A program made the position numbers and the translations under genes. A model generated the notes under the pieces. That model did not search any database. It was given only the letters and a program-made list of their open reading frames with translations, and was not told the DNA's origin. From an uncultured delta proteobacterium (GTDB taxonomy: Bacteria > Desulfobacterota > WTBG01 > CAIYCZ01 > CAIRTM01), in contig CAWDSQ010000015.1 of assembly GCA_963804955.1 (NCBI GenBank), positions 1 to 33,083 on the forward strand: a DNA stretch of 33,083 nucleotides, read 5' to 3'. This document shows positions 1 to 10,206 of this stretch, in pieces; position 1 is the stretch's first letter, and every line of letters begins with the position of its first letter.

Positions 1-520
1 CGGGCAGTTGACGGTTTTGTTCAAGCAGGTCAGTGTATTTTTGAAAAGGATCTGTTCTGCTGGAAGGGCCAAGGGCCGAGATCATGGGAATATTTTTTTC
101 CATGCAGTGGCGAATAAGCTGGCCCTTCGGGTTCAGGCTGTCGATGGCGTCGATGACAAAATCGATATCACCTGTGATAAGCTCCCCGGCAGTGTCAAAA
201 TGAAAAAAGGCCTGCACCGGCTCAAGCCTGAGCTGGCGGGTTGATGGCGGCAAGGCGGTCTGCCGCAGCCTGAGCCTTGGGCATGCCTACGGTGGTGGAA
301 AGCGCGATGAGCTGGCGATTGATATCCGAAGGCTTCACCTTGTCGCAATCAATGATACGCAGCCGTCCAATGCCCGCCCGCGCAAGCGCCTCTGCGGCAT
401 AGGACCCAACGCCCCCGAGCCCACCACGGCCACGAAACTCTCCTGCAGCTTGTGGAAGCCCTCAAGGCCGAAAAACATTTTATTGCGGATGAACCGGTCG
501 CTTTGCGGGTCCATGGTCAC
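1..520 (-). CDS. tcdA: ThiF/E1 family, tRNA threonylcarbamoyladenosine dehydratase (TcdA)-like; runs off the window, at least 2 frameshifts
   Basis: Joined frames read SFVAVVG(L)GGVGSYAAEALARAGIGRLRIIDCDKVKPSDINRQLIALSTTVG...DFVIDAIDSLNPKGQLI. Indels near 420 and 238. Start overlaps the tatD stop (ATGA). Confidence 0.85.
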
Positions 521-1287
521 ATAATCCCCTGCAGGCCGAACAGCCGCCGGGCATTCCCGGTTGTTGCCTGCGCAATCTCTTCAAACGCGCTGCCGCGAAG
601 CCCGGCAATGGTGAGGGCCACCTCAACCGTATGCCGCGGCTCCACCTGCGAGGCAAGGGTGGTTTGCGTGGCAATGGATGGCGCGTCGGTTTCAACCAGC
701 AGAAAATCAAGCGGAATCCCTGCCGCGGTCCTGTGATAGTTTTTTGCCGTTGTCCGCGTCACCGAGCCGGAAAATGCAATATGAAAACCAAGCTCGATGA
801 ACCGCAGAGCCATCTCCCTTCCGCCGGAGAATGAATGCAGCACGCCGCTCAGCATTCCTTTATACCGTGTTAAAATTTTTAAAAGCTCATCATGCGCCTT
901 ACGGCAGTGGAGAAGCACGGGCAGGCCGAGCTCTGCCGCAAGGTCAAGCTGCAGTCTGAACGGCTCCCTCTGCGCTTCCGGCAGCGGGCATTCGGGCGAG
1001 AAATCAAGCCCGATCTCACCGATCGCCACGATGCCGGGCTGCACAAGATACGCCCTGAGCTCATCGATATCTATACCCTGGCCGGTAAACCATGGATGCA
1101 GGCCGTATGCCGGGACAATAAAATGCGCGAACTGCCGCGCAAGCGCCGCAGTTCGCGGCAGCGATGCACGGTCATAGGCAGGCACAATGCACGCGCCAAT
1201 GCCGGCTGCCTGAGCCCGTGCAATCACCCCGGGCAGCTTTTCGGCAAAGGCCGGATCATTTAAATGACAGTGGGTGTCAATAAGCAT
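517..1287 (-). CDS. tatD: TatD family metal-dependent DNase
   Basis: Motifs IDTHCHL, GLHPW, AIGEIGLD, LHCRKA, VLHSFSG, LVETDAP. Confidence 0.95.
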   Translation of the reverse strand: MLIDTHCHLNDPAFAEKLPGVIARAQAAGIGACIVPAYDRASLPRTAALARQFAHFIVPAYGLHPWFTGQGIDIDELRAYLVQPGIVAIGEIGLDFSPECPLPEAQREPFRLQLDLAAELGLPVLLHCRKAHDELLKILTRYKGMLSGVLHSFSGGREMALRFIELGFHIAFSGSVTRTTAKNYHRTAAGIPLDFLLVETDAPSIATQTTLASQVEPRHTVEVALTIAGLRGSAFEEIAQATTGNARRLFGLQGIM

Positions 1288-1338
1288 AAATCATAAAAAT
1301 TGCCTGCATGCTCGCAACAGAGCGGGCGGGCAGGCCTT

Positions 1339-1704
1339 TTATAATGCGAAGAGAAGCCAGTTTTTCTCTCCGGCCTTTGCAAAGCGGATAAGGCAGAAGC
1401 GGCCCCTCAGCTTTTTGCCATGAAGGGCAAAAACGATTTTGCCGGAAGCCCACTCCTCTTCTGCATAGGTGCCGGCATCCCAGATTTCAACCCTGCCTGC
1501 GCCATACTGCCCTTCGGGAATATCGCCCTCGAAACCGGCATACTTACAGTCATGGTCTTCGACCTCCACAGCCAGGCGCTTCACGCCCTTTTCCGGCGCT
1601 ATGCCTTTGGGCACGGCCCAGCTCTTGAGAACCCCGTCTTTCTCAAGCCTGAAGTCATAATGCAGGGTTGTGGCATGGTGCTTCTGCACGACAAAGACCG
1701 GCAT
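1339..1704 (-). CDS. Stand-alone LigD 3'-phosphoesterase (PE) domain protein
   Basis: FVVQKHHATTLHYDFRLEKDGVLKSWAVPKG...RLAVEVEDH...YAGFEGDIPEGQYGAGRVEIWDAGTY. ATG at 1704 is preceded by a GGAG RBS. Confidence 0.92.
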   Translation of the reverse strand: MPVFVVQKHHATTLHYDFRLEKDGVLKSWAVPKGIAPEKGVKRLAVEVEDHDCKYAGFEGDIPEGQYGAGRVEIWDAGTYAEEEWASGKIVFALHGKKLRGRFCLIRFAKAGEKNWLLFAL

Positions 1705-1801
1705 ATAACCTGCTCCGTGCAAAAAGTTCTTTGTAAAAAGCCTGCTTGCGGGTATACATCTTCCGCTGCCGATTATACACAACTGCGGAACAAGAGCAAC
1801 C

Positions 1802-2461
1802 GTGAAAGAGCTTTCCTGCTACAGCATAGGGCATTCAAACCACAGCATCGACGCCTTTGTGCGCATGCTGCTTGCCCATGGCGTGAACTGCGCTGTCGAT
1901 GTTCGCAGCGCGCCCGACAGCCGCCGCCAGCCTCAGTTCAACCGCGAAAGCATAAAAACAGACCTGAAGCTGGCCGACATCCGGTACCTGTATCTCGGCG
2001 ACAGCCTCGGTGCGCGCCACAGCAAGCCCTCGGTGCTGCACCCCGGAAGGCCGGGTCGATTTCAGCCGCGTGCGCCTTATGCCCGCATTTCAGGCAGGCA
2101 TCGACCGGGTCATCAGGGGCATTAAAAAAGGTCTGTGCATCGCCCTTATGTGCGCTGAGCGTGATCCGTTTGACTGTCACCGGTTCGTTCTTGTCTCCCG
2201 CGAGCTTGCCGGCCGGGGGGTTCGCGTCGAGCATATTCTCTCTCCCGACCGGGCCGTATCGCAGGAGGAGCTTGAACAGCGCCTGCTTAAAAAGTATGGA
2301 CTCAACCATTACCAGCCCGGGCTTTTCGAGCTGCCCAAACAAAAAAATAGCTGCTTGCGCAGGCCTACGGGCTGCGCAGCAGCGACATTGCCTACAACGC
2401 TGAAACGGGAGGTCAACTGTCTGAAAAAAAAGACGGGGACCTCGGTCACCCAATTGATTAA
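1802..2461 (+). CDS. DUF488 family protein (frameshifts near 2045 and 2349)
   Basis: YSIGHSNH, VDVRSAPDSR..PQFNRE, YLYLGDSLGAR, then ALMCAERDPFDCHRFVLVSREL...VEHIL in the next frame. The 3' end is uncertain. Confidence 0.85.
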
Positions 2462-2647
2462 CTATAAGATTATCCTTGTGTATTGGCTGTACGGTGTTTG
2501 ATAATTTGGACATCTTTTTTTTGGCGTTTTACGCAGATTATAAAAATAACATGCTATTATAGTAACTTAGTAGTATGGGACCACATCTGGCACGGCTTGT
2601 GTGTATAGAATAAAACATGTACTAATTACTACACAAGGAGTGAAGCT

Positions 2648-5146
2648 ATGAAGACAATGCGATGGATACTGTGCCTGATTGCTGGTGTGCTGCTTGCTGC
2701 GGTTGCCCCTGCATCCGGTCAGCAGCAGAAACAGCCCATTCTGGTAGGCCATATCGACCATGTGGAAGGGCAGTTGCTGCGCTATGTGCCTGAAAACAAG
2801 GATTGGGTGGCTACGGTGAAGGATGCGCCGTTCGGGCTTGAGGATGCGCTCTATGCCGACAAAAACACGCGGGCCGAAATCATCATGCCCAACAGCACCA
2901 TGCTGCGCATTGGCGGCAGCACGCAGGCGCAGCTGCTGCGGCTGGCCGAAGATGCGACCGAAATCGATATAGCCTCGGGCACGGCGCGGTTTTACAACAA
3001 CAGTTCAAACACCATCATCAGGGCAACCACACCGTTCGGGCAGGTCATCGCCCCCGCGGGCACGGTTTTTGATCTGTATGCAGGCGATGAGTCCATCGAG
3101 GTAATCGCCGTTAACGGGACGGTGGATTATGTGCACCCCTCAGGCTCTACAAAATACGACGTGCGGGCGGGAGCCTCTTCCATCGTTGCCAACCGCTCAC
3201 AGGTCACGTCGGGCGAGGGCCTGACCGATGCCTCATGGAACAGCTGGAATGCCGACCGCGACCGCCTATGGCAGCAGCGGCTTGAGCCCAGGGGCGAAAC
3301 CGTACGCCATCTGCCGGAGCAGCTGCACAGCGAGGCCTATGTTCTTGAAGAGCAGGGCAGCTGGGAAAGCGTCAATTACGATGGCGGGTATCGTCAATTC
3401 TGGCGGCCAACCCATGTCAGCGCCGGCTGGGCGCCCTACACCTGCGGCCGCTGGACCACCTGGTACGGCGATCAGGTCTGGATCCCGGCAGAGCCGTTCG
3501 GCTACGTGACGCACCATTACGGCTCATGGGTGTATGTCGATGCCTCCCGCCGCTGGTACTGGGCTCCGCCTGTTATGACTGTGGGCATTGCGGTGGCGCC
3601 GTCATACACGATCAGCTATGGCTGGTATCCCGGCCGCGTGTCATGGATATATACGGACACCTATGTCGGCTGGGTGCCCCTTGCTCCGTATGAGCCCTAC
3701 TACTGCCGCAACTACTGGGGCCCATCGGCTATCGTCTCGATCAATATCTACGATGATCACCGTGACCGGCACGACGGCCATCACGGCAGGCACCATTATG
3801 AAGACCATGCCGTGGTGGTAAATCAGAATAATTTCTATACGGTCAACAACTATAATGACATTCGCATCAGAAATGTCGACAGGGCGACAATCGCGAAAAG
3901 CTACCGCGGCTCCCCGATGGTGAACGATCTCGTGCTCAAAAATCATAAAAACGCTCTTGGAAAATATAACTTCGCCGACATTAATGTGCGCCAGAAACCG
4001 CATCAAACCGTGCGCGAGCGCATCCAGCAGAATCTCGCCGCTGCAAAGCGCGGCGACAGGCAGAACGCATCTGCCATCGCGCAGAAGCTGGATCGGATGA
4101 AGTCCGGCAGGCCTGCGGATGGGAGCGTTATGAAAGGCCGGCCCCTGCAGGTTTCCGATAAGCTGGTGCCTGATCGCGATGTTAACAGACCAAAAGCACG
4201 TACCCTTTTCCCCACCCGCGAGCTCAAACCGTCGGGACAGGTAAAACCAGAGCAGCATAAAGCAAAAGAGCCGCTGAGGGAAAAACCGTCTTTTGATGCG
4301 GACCGGGACAGGACTGAACGCACAGGATTGGATATGGAGAAAAAACCCGATCAGGGCAGTGAAAAACCCCGGTTGCCCGAGGCGGGAAAAGACCGGCCCG
4401 AGCCTGACAGAGACCGGCTGCGCCCCCCCCGGCAGGATGAAGACAAGGGGCCTGGCGTTCATGAACAGCAGCCGGTTCGTGAGCCTGACGAGAATAAGCC
4501 CGGTATGCGGCCCGACCGTGACGAAGCACGTCCGGAACGGCCCGTAAGACCCGAGCCTCCTGTATTCCAGAAGCCCGAGCCGCGGCAGCAGCCCCGGATC
4601 ATACAGCAGCCGCGCGAAAACGCGCCCGAACCCCGGCAGCAGCCCCGGACCATACAGCAGCCGCGCGAAAACGCGCCCGAGCCGCGGCAGCAGCCCCGGA
4701 CCATACAGCAGCCGCGCGAAAACGCGCCCGAACCCCGGCAGCAGCCACGGATCATACAGCAGCCGCGCGAAAACGCGCCCGAGCCGCGACAGCAGCCCCG
4801 GATCATACAGCAGCCGCGCGAAAACGCGCCCGAGCCGCGACAGCAGCCCCGGATCATACAGCAGCCGCGCGAAAACGCGCCCGAGCCCCGACAGCAGCCC
4901 CGGACCATACAGCAGCCGCGCGAAAACGCGCCCGAACCCCGGCAGCAGCCACGGATCATACAGCAGCCGCGCGAAAACGCGCCCGAACCCCGGCAGCAGC
5001 CACGGATCATACAGCAGCCGCGCGAAAACGCGCCCGAACCGCGACAGCAGCCACGGACCATACAGCAGCCGTCTGGCGGTCGCCAGCAGAGAGCGCCGCA
5101 GTCTGTCCAGCAGCAGCCCTGGGGTCAGCGCGGGTTTCAGCGGTAG
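2648..5146 (+). CDS. Secreted FecR-like + DUF6600-like (W/Y/G/P-rich) protein with long P/Q/R/E-rich disordered tail
   Basis: Signal peptide; FecR-like DALYADKNTRAEIIMPNSTMLRIG...IRATTPFG; GWAPYTCGRW...WIPAEPFGYVTHHYGSW...WVPLAPYEPY; repeat tail. Confidence 0.75.
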   Translation: MKTMRWILCLIAGVLLAAVAPASGQQQKQPILVGHIDHVEGQLLRYVPENKDWVATVKDAPFGLEDALYADKNTRAEIIMPNSTMLRIGGSTQAQLLRLAEDATEIDIASGTARFYNNSSNTIIRATTPFGQVIAPAGTVFDLYAGDESIEVIAVNGTVDYVHPSGSTKYDVRAGASSIVANRSQVTSGEGLTDASWNSWNADRDRLWQQRLEPRGETVRHLPEQLHSEAYVLEEQGSWESVNYDGGYRQFWRPTHVSAGWAPYTCGRWTTWYGDQVWIPAEPFGYVTHHYGSWVYVDASRRWYWAPPVMTVGIAVAPSYTISYGWYPGRVSWIYTDTYVGWVPLAPYEPYYCRNYWGPSAIVSINIYDDHRDRHDGHHGRHHYEDHAVVVNQNNFYTVNNYNDIRIRNVDRATIAKSYRGSPMVNDLVLKNHKNALGKYNFADINVRQKPHQTVRERIQQNLAAAKRGDRQNASAIAQKLDRMKSGRPADGSVMKGRPLQVSDKLVPDRDVNRPKARTLFPTRELKPSGQVKPEQHKAKEPLREKPSFDADRDRTERTGLDMEKKPDQGSEKPRLPEAGKDRPEPDRDRLRPPRQDEDKGPGVHEQQPVREPDENKPGMRPDRDEARPERPVRPEPPVFQKPEPRQQPRIIQQPRENAPEPRQQPRTIQQPRENAPEPRQQPRTIQQPRENAPEPRQQPRIIQQPRENAPEPRQQPRIIQQPRENAPEPRQQPRIIQQPRENAPEPRQQPRTIQQPRENAPEPRQQPRIIQQPRENAPEPRQQPRIIQQPRENAPEPRQQPRTIQQPSGGRQQRAPQSVQQQPWGQRGFQR
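4574..5071 (+). repeat. In-frame tandem repeat, 51-bp unit (PEPRQQPR[I/T]IQQPRENA), 9 full copies plus a 39-bp partial
   Basis: Units start at 4574+51n; variation is limited to synonymous sites and an ATC/ACC codon. Confidence 0.97.
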
Positions 5147-5188
5147 CACAATCGGAAAGCTGCAACCAGTACCGTAACCAAAAACATA

Positions 5189-5231
5189 AAGCAAAGAAAG
5201 CCGATGCGTCGTGCATCGGCTTTCTTTGCTT
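5189..5231. terminator. Bidirectional intrinsic terminator
   Basis: Perfect 19-bp inverted repeat AAGCAAAGAAAGCCGATGC-gtcgt-GCATCGGCTTTCTTTGCTT between convergent transcripts. Confidence 0.85.
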
Positions 5232-5246
5232 GTTCAAATAGAAGAG

Positions 5247-5320
5247 GGTGGATGAAGGGACTTGAACCCTCGGCCCCCAGGGCCACAACCTGGTGCTCTA
5301 ACCACTGAGCTACACCCACC
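5247..5320 (-). tRNA. tRNA-His(GTG); G-1 present, CCA not encoded
   Basis: GGTGGGTGTAGCTCAGTGGTTAGAGCA-CCAGG-TT-GTG-GC-CCTGG...GGTTCAAGTCC...CATCCACC. Confidence 0.95.
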
Positions 5321-5372
5321 ACTGAAAATGCAGTCTGTCACGGCGCGCTGCTGTTCGGGGCCAGGCGCTGTA

Positions 5373-5449
<77 letters not shown>

Positions 5450-5464
5450 ATCGCCGAGCGTGAA

Positions 5465-5492
5465 ACTATAGCATAATAAAATTTTTTGTCAA
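5465..5492 (-). promoter_or_regulatory. Sigma70 promoter of the tRNA-Arg/His operon
   Basis: TTGACA-16 nt-TATAGT with extended -10 TG, ending 15 nt before tRNA-Arg. Confidence 0.75.
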
Positions 5493-5723
5493 AAATTATA
5501 TACACTTACGCCCAGTTCTGGTATTCGATAGAGTAAATATGCCCACACATGTTTTCATAAAAATTGGCGGCAGGAAAACGCTCTTCTGATATGCAAATAG
5601 CGGGCTCAAAGAGCGCCTCAAAAAAAACCTTTATAGTCTTCAACACCCGGACCTGCAACTGCAGGGCCATTACAAAAGCCAAAAAGGCTCTGGAAGGCCT
5701 TTCATTCATGCAATCATAAGACT

Positions 5724-7049
5724 ATGGCTATGACAGACATTCTTCTTGTTAGTATTCTCATCTGTGCAGCGGCCGGGGCTGTGGCAGGGATACTGCAGCT
5801 CTTTGCCAAAAAGGGCAAAGAGCTGCTAAAAATCGAAGCCCTCCTTGAGAATTATGAAAAAAACCAGCAGCGGATCGAAGCTGCGCTCAAAGCCGAGATG
5901 GCTCAGGGGCGCAGCGAGGCCGGGCATACTGCCCAGCTTGCCCGGCAGGAGCTTGCGGCCGGGTTTACAACGCTCGGGGATTCGCTGCTGTCGCGCATGA
6001 CCGATATTGCAACACTGCAGAAGCAGCAGCTGGATACGTTTTCAAACCAGCTCACCTCCCTCACCAAAGTCAATGAAGAAAAGCTTGAGGCTGTGCGCCT
6101 GACCGTGGAGCAGCGGCTCCGGCAGCTGCAGGAGGACAACAGCCGAAAGCTTGAGGCCATGCGCCAGACGGTTGATGAAAAGCTGCACGCAACGCTTGAG
6201 CAGCGCCTCGGGGAGTCGTTCAAGCTCGTCGGCGAGCGGCTCGAGCAGGTGCACCGCGGGCTGGGGGAAATGCAAAGCCTTGCCGCCGGCGTGGGGGATC
6301 TTAAGAAAGTGCTCACCAATGTAAAAACACGGGGCACCTGGGGCGAAATGAGCCTGGGCTTCCTGCTTGAGGAGCTTTTCACAAAAGATCAGTATGCCTG
6401 CAATGTGGCCACTAAAAAAGGCAGCAGCGACAGGGTCGAATTTGCGATACGCCTTCCGGGGCGCGAGCAAAACGACAGCGAAGTCTGGCTCCCGATTGAC
6501 GCCAAGTTTCCCGATGCAGATTACCAGAAGCTGCTTGAGGCACAGGAAAAAGCCGATCCGGCTCTTCTGGAAGAGGCGTCAAAAAGCCTTGAAAGATTCA
6601 TAAAGAACGAGGCGAAAAAAATTCAGGAAAAATATATCGACCCGCCGCATACGACCGACTTCGGCATAATGTATTTACCGGTCGAAAGCCTCTATGCCGA
6701 GGTGCTCCGGCGCCCCGGTCTGTGCGAAGGGCTGCAGCGCGATCACCGCATTGTGGTAACCGGGCCCACGACGCTTGCCGCGCTTCTCAACAGCCTCCAG
6801 ATGGGCTTCCGCACGCTCACGATTGAAAAGCGTTCAAGCGAGGTGTGGTCGCTTTTAGGAACGGTAAAAAAAGAATTCGGCAATTTCGGCGACCTGCTGG
6901 ACAAAACCCACAAGAAACTGCAGGAGGCCAGCAACACCATTGAGGACGCCTCCCGCAAATCCCGCACCATCGAGCGCAAGCTGAAAGGCGTGCAGGAACT
7001 GCCTGCCAGCGCGCCCCTGCCCCTCATCGCCGACCTTGACGATGAATAA
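5724..7049 (+). CDS. rmuC: DNA recombination protein RmuC
   Basis: N-terminal TM helix, coiled coil, KTRGTWGE, WLPIDAKFP, YIDPPHTTDFGIMYLPVESLYAE, GPTTLAALLNSLQMGF. Confidence 0.95.
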   Translation: MAMTDILLVSILICAAAGAVAGILQLFAKKGKELLKIEALLENYEKNQQRIEAALKAEMAQGRSEAGHTAQLARQELAAGFTTLGDSLLSRMTDIATLQKQQLDTFSNQLTSLTKVNEEKLEAVRLTVEQRLRQLQEDNSRKLEAMRQTVDEKLHATLEQRLGESFKLVGERLEQVHRGLGEMQSLAAGVGDLKKVLTNVKTRGTWGEMSLGFLLEELFTKDQYACNVATKKGSSDRVEFAIRLPGREQNDSEVWLPIDAKFPDADYQKLLEAQEKADPALLEEASKSLERFIKNEAKKIQEKYIDPPHTTDFGIMYLPVESLYAEVLRRPGLCEGLQRDHRIVVTGPTTLAALLNSLQMGFRTLTIEKRSSEVWSLLGTVKKEFGNFGDLLDKTHKKLQEASNTIEDASRKSRTIERKLKGVQELPASAPLPLIADLDDE

Positions 7050-7055
7050 GGAAAA

Positions 7056-7084
7056 TTGACAGCGCAGGACTTTGATGATAATAA
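7056..7084 (+). promoter_or_regulatory. Possible sigma70 promoter for the ABC operon
   Basis: TTGACA at 7056 followed by GATAAT/TAATAA at a 15-17 nt spacing. Confidence 0.35.
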
Positions 7085-7145
7085 AACAAGTCCCGGGGAT
7101 ATCCGGGAAATGTTTGTTTTTGCAGGACAATGAGCACAATTAATT

Positions 7146-8096
7146 ATGCACGCCATTGAAGTCGACCACCTGACCAAATACTACAGCAACAGCCGCGGCG
7201 TCATCGACCTGTCATTTGACGTGAGCAAGGGCGAGATCATGGGCTTTCTCGGGCCCAACGGCTCGGGCAAAACCACGACCATGCGCATGCTCACCTGCTT
7301 CTTTCCGCCCACCAGCGGCACGGCGCGTATCTGCGGCCATGACATTTTAAAAGAGCCCCTGGAAGTGCGGCGCAAGCTCGGCTACCTTCCGGAAAGCGTG
7401 CCCCTGTATCTTGACATGCCCGTGCGCAGCTATCTGCGCTTCTTCGCCGAGGTGCGGGGCATAGCGGCCCGGCAGCGCACAGCAAGAATCGACAAGGTGC
7501 TTGACAAATGCAGCCTTGCCCATGTGGCGCACAGGCTTATCGGCAAGCTCTCCAAGGGCTACCGCCAGCGCGTGGGCATTGCCCAGGCCCTGCTGCATGA
7601 TCCGGAAGTGCTGATTCTCGATGAGCCCACCATCGGGCTCGACCCGAAGCAGATCATCGAAATCCGCAGCCTTATTAAAGGCCTTGGCGCTTCACGCACC
7701 GTCATTTTAAGCTCGCATATCCTCTCCGAAGTGAGCGCTGTGTGCGACCGGGTTATCATCATTCAGGAGGGGCGGCTGGTAGCGGTAGACACGCCGCATA
7801 ATCTCACCCGCCGCCTGCAGCAGACTCCCAAAATTCTCGTTCGCGCACAGGCGCCGGCCGATGCCATCACGCAGACCATGCTCAGCATACCGGGCGTTGT
7901 ATCCGTTACGCCGGGCATTGAGGGTCCCGATGCTTTCATCGTCGCTGTGGAAGAGGGCCTGCCGGTCATCAACAGCCTTGCGCAGGCCATATGCGGCCGG
8001 AACTGGAGCATAGCGGAAATACGGCCTGTAGATATGACGCTTGAGGAAATTTTCATACAGCTTGTTGCAGATGACACGGAGGTACGCCGGCGATGA
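7146..8096 (+). CDS. ABC transporter ATP-binding protein (GldA-like)
   Basis: [26 protein letters not shown]. Confidence 0.93.
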   Translation: MHAIEVDHLTKYYSNSRGVIDLSFDVSKGEIMGFLGPNGSGKTTTMRMLTCFFPPTSGTARICGHDILKEPLEVRRKLGYLPESVPLYLDMPVRSYLRFFAEVRGIAARQRTARIDKVLDKCSLAHVAHRLIGKLSKGYRQRVGIAQALLHDPEVLILDEPTIGLDPKQIIEIRSLIKGLGASRTVILSSHILSEVSAVCDRVIIIQEGRLVAVDTPHNLTRRLQQTPKILVRAQAPADAITQTMLSIPGVVSVTPGIEGPDAFIVAVEEGLPVINSLAQAICGRNWSIAEIRPVDMTLEEIFIQLVADDTEVRRR

Positions 8097-8833
8097 ATAC
8101 CCTGACAATCGCCAAGCGCGAAATGGGGTCATACTTCACCTCGCTCATCGCCTATGTAGTGACCACGGTCTTTCTGGTCATGTCGGGCTACTTTTACTAT
8201 ACCAATATGGTCATGTTCGTCATGTTCGTGGGCTCGGATGTCAAGCTCGGGCTCTGGCAGCAGACTTTCTACGATATCCGCTTTGTCACCGTATCGGTGC
8301 TGCCGCTTTTGACCATGCGCCTGTTTGCCGAAGAAAAAAAAATGGGCACCATCGAGCTGCTCTTCACAAGCCCGCTTCGCGACCGGCAGATCATCATGGG
8401 AAAATATCTTGCCTGCCTGGCGGTTTTTGCCCTTATGCTGGCACTGACGCTGCTGTACCCGGCGCTTCTGAAAATCGTCTACCAGCTCGAGCCGGCGCCG
8501 CTTGCGGCCTGCTATCTCGGGCTCTTCCTTATGGGCGGGGCCTGCATCGCCTGCGGCATTTTCCTGTCTTCGCTCACCGAAAACCAGGTCGTGGCAGCCA
8601 TGTCGACAATCGGCGTGCTGCTGCTCATGTGGTTCCTTGACTGGAACGAGGGCATTGCAGGATCAGCCGTGGTCAAGGTGCTGCACCAGCTGTCGTTCTC
8701 GGAACATTTTTTAAATTTCATCCGGGGCGTCATCGATATCAACGATATTGTCTATTACCTGAGCGTGACAGCTTTTTTCCTGTTCCTGACAAAATGCTCC
8801 CTCGAATCACGGAAATGGAGGGGCATAAAATGA
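8093..8833 (+). CDS. ABC-2 permease (GldF-like)
   Basis: IAKREMGSYFTS, LTMRLFAEEKKMGTIELLFTSP, SSLTENQVVAA; multiple TM helices. Confidence 0.9.
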   Translation: MNTLTIAKREMGSYFTSLIAYVVTTVFLVMSGYFYYTNMVMFVMFVGSDVKLGLWQQTFYDIRFVTVSVLPLLTMRLFAEEKKMGTIELLFTSPLRDRQIIMGKYLACLAVFALMLALTLLYPALLKIVYQLEPAPLAACYLGLFLMGGACIACGIFLSSLTENQVVAAMSTIGVLLLMWFLDWNEGIAGSAVVKVLHQLSFSEHFLNFIRGVIDINDIVYYLSVTAFFLFLTKCSLESRKWRGIK

Positions 8834-10206
8834 AATTTTTTGACGTCTTCAGGAAACAGGCCATTGCGCACTGGATCGAGCTTGCGCTGCTGGTCTTTTT
8901 TGTAGCCGGCTCGCTCATACTCGTAAACCTTATCGCAGTGCGGCACAACCTCCGCATCGATCTTACGCCGGAAAAGCGCTACACGCTTGCTGACCAGACT
9001 GTGCAGGTGCTGGGCAAGCTTTCAGGCCCCCTTCGCGTCACGGTTTTTTATCGCCCCCAGGAGAAGCAGGAAATACAGGATGTGCTGGAGCTTTTTTCGC
9101 GCGCTACAGATACATTCATCTATGAGCTGCTGGATCTTGAAAAAAACCCGGCGCGGGCAGAAGCCCTTAACGTGAAAGGCTACGGCGCAGGCATTATGGA
9201 ATATGAGGGACGGCGGGAAAAAATGTTTGCCGTCTCTGAAGACGGCCTGCTGACCGCAATTCTCAAGCTCACCGAAAACAGGGAAAAAACAGTCCGTTTC
9301 GTGAAGGGCCACGGCGAAAAGGACATTTACGGTACGGACGCAAAAAACAGCTACTCCATGATCTGCAAGGCTCTGCAGGCTGAAAATTACCGGGTCGAAG
9401 AGCTGCTGCTGATGCAGGCGCAGACAGTGCCCGCTGATACGCAGGCGCTGATTATTGCAGGACCCGAGAAAGACTTCCTGCCCCGGGAAATTGATATGAT
9501 CGACACCTATCTCAAAAGCGGCGGCAGGGTGCTTATGCTCTGCGATCCGGTTCCTCTGCCTGCTCTTGAGAACTTTCTCGCAGGAAAGCAGATACAGCTG
9601 GGCCGCAACTATCTGATCGATACGCAAAGCAAGCTCATGACCTTTGACCATCTCACGCCCATCATCATACCCGACAAGCGCCACCCCATAGCCCGCAACA
9701 TGAACGAGGCTGTCGTCTTTCCGGTATGCCGGTCGGTTGTGCCCCTGGAGAATACAGCTACAGATGTGCTTGCCCTGTCTGGCAAGGAAAGCTGGGCCGA
9801 GACAGATACCCAGAGCGTGCGCACCAACACCGTCACTTTTAACCCCGGCCAGGACATGCGGGGCCCGGTGCCGGTTGCCGTTATCACCCCTGTGGAGGGC
9901 GTTGCTGCGCAGGGTCAGGCTCCGCCGCAGGGCATTCTCATCACCATGGGCAACTCGGCTTTCGCCACCAACCATTACATTAATATTCTCGGGGACAAGG
10001 ATTTTTTCCTGAACACGGTGAACTGGCTTGCCGAAAACAGCGGCATGCTCTCAGCGCGGTCAAAATCGGGCGGGGGGCCCATTTCCATGTTCTTCCTCAC
10101 CGAGCTTCAAAGCAAGCTCGTTTTCTGGTCGGCCGTGGTGATTGAGCCCTCGCTGGTGCTCCTGTTCGGCATCATGGTTGTTGCATGGAGGCGTTTCAAG
10201 CGATGA
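8830..10206 (+). CDS. GldG-like ABC auxiliary component
   Basis: RIDLTPEKRYTL, FVKGHGEKD, LIIAGPEKD, DFFLNTVNWL; TM helices at both ends. Confidence 0.88.
   Translation: MKFFDVFRKQAIAHWIELALLVFFVAGSLILVNLIAVRHNLRIDLTPEKRYTLADQTVQVLGKLSGPLRVTVFYRPQEKQEIQDVLELFSRATDTFIYELLDLEKNPARAEALNVKGYGAGIMEYEGRREKMFAVSEDGLLTAILKLTENREKTVRFVKGHGEKDIYGTDAKNSYSMICKALQAENYRVEELLLMQAQTVPADTQALIIAGPEKDFLPREIDMIDTYLKSGGRVLMLCDPVPLPALENFLAGKQIQLGRNYLIDTQSKLMTFDHLTPIIIPDKRHPIARNMNEAVVFPVCRSVVPLENTATDVLALSGKESWAETDTQSVRTNTVTFNPGQDMRGPVPVAVITPVEGVAAQGQAPPQGILITMGNSAFATNHYINILGDKDFFLNTVNWLAENSGMLSARSKSGGGPISMFFLTELQSKLVFWSAVVIEPSLVLLFGIMVVAWRRFKR

Noticed and set aside
1..1287. ThiF/E1 + TatD as a ubiquitin-like or QatABCD-type defence system
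   Set aside because: The E1 has TcdA-type motifs, and no E2, JAB, Ubl or QueC partner is visible; tatD-tcdA adjacency is ordinary.
1420..2403. 327-aa plus-strand ORF
   Set aside because: Overlaps the PE gene (antisense) and DUF488 (off-frame); composition is not protein-like.
4574..5071. CRISPR array
   Set aside because: Contiguous 51-bp units with no unique spacers, in frame within a CDS, and no cas genes.
3641..5194. 517-aa and 200-aa antisense ORFs (RGCCRGSGAFS repeats)
   Set aside because: Shadows of the GC-rich repeat gene on the plus strand.
5506..5709. 67-aa ORF upstream of the tRNAs
   Set aside because: No recognisable motif; lies in the divergent promoter region.
9022..9975. 317-aa antisense ORF
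   Set aside because: Shadow of the GldG-like gene.
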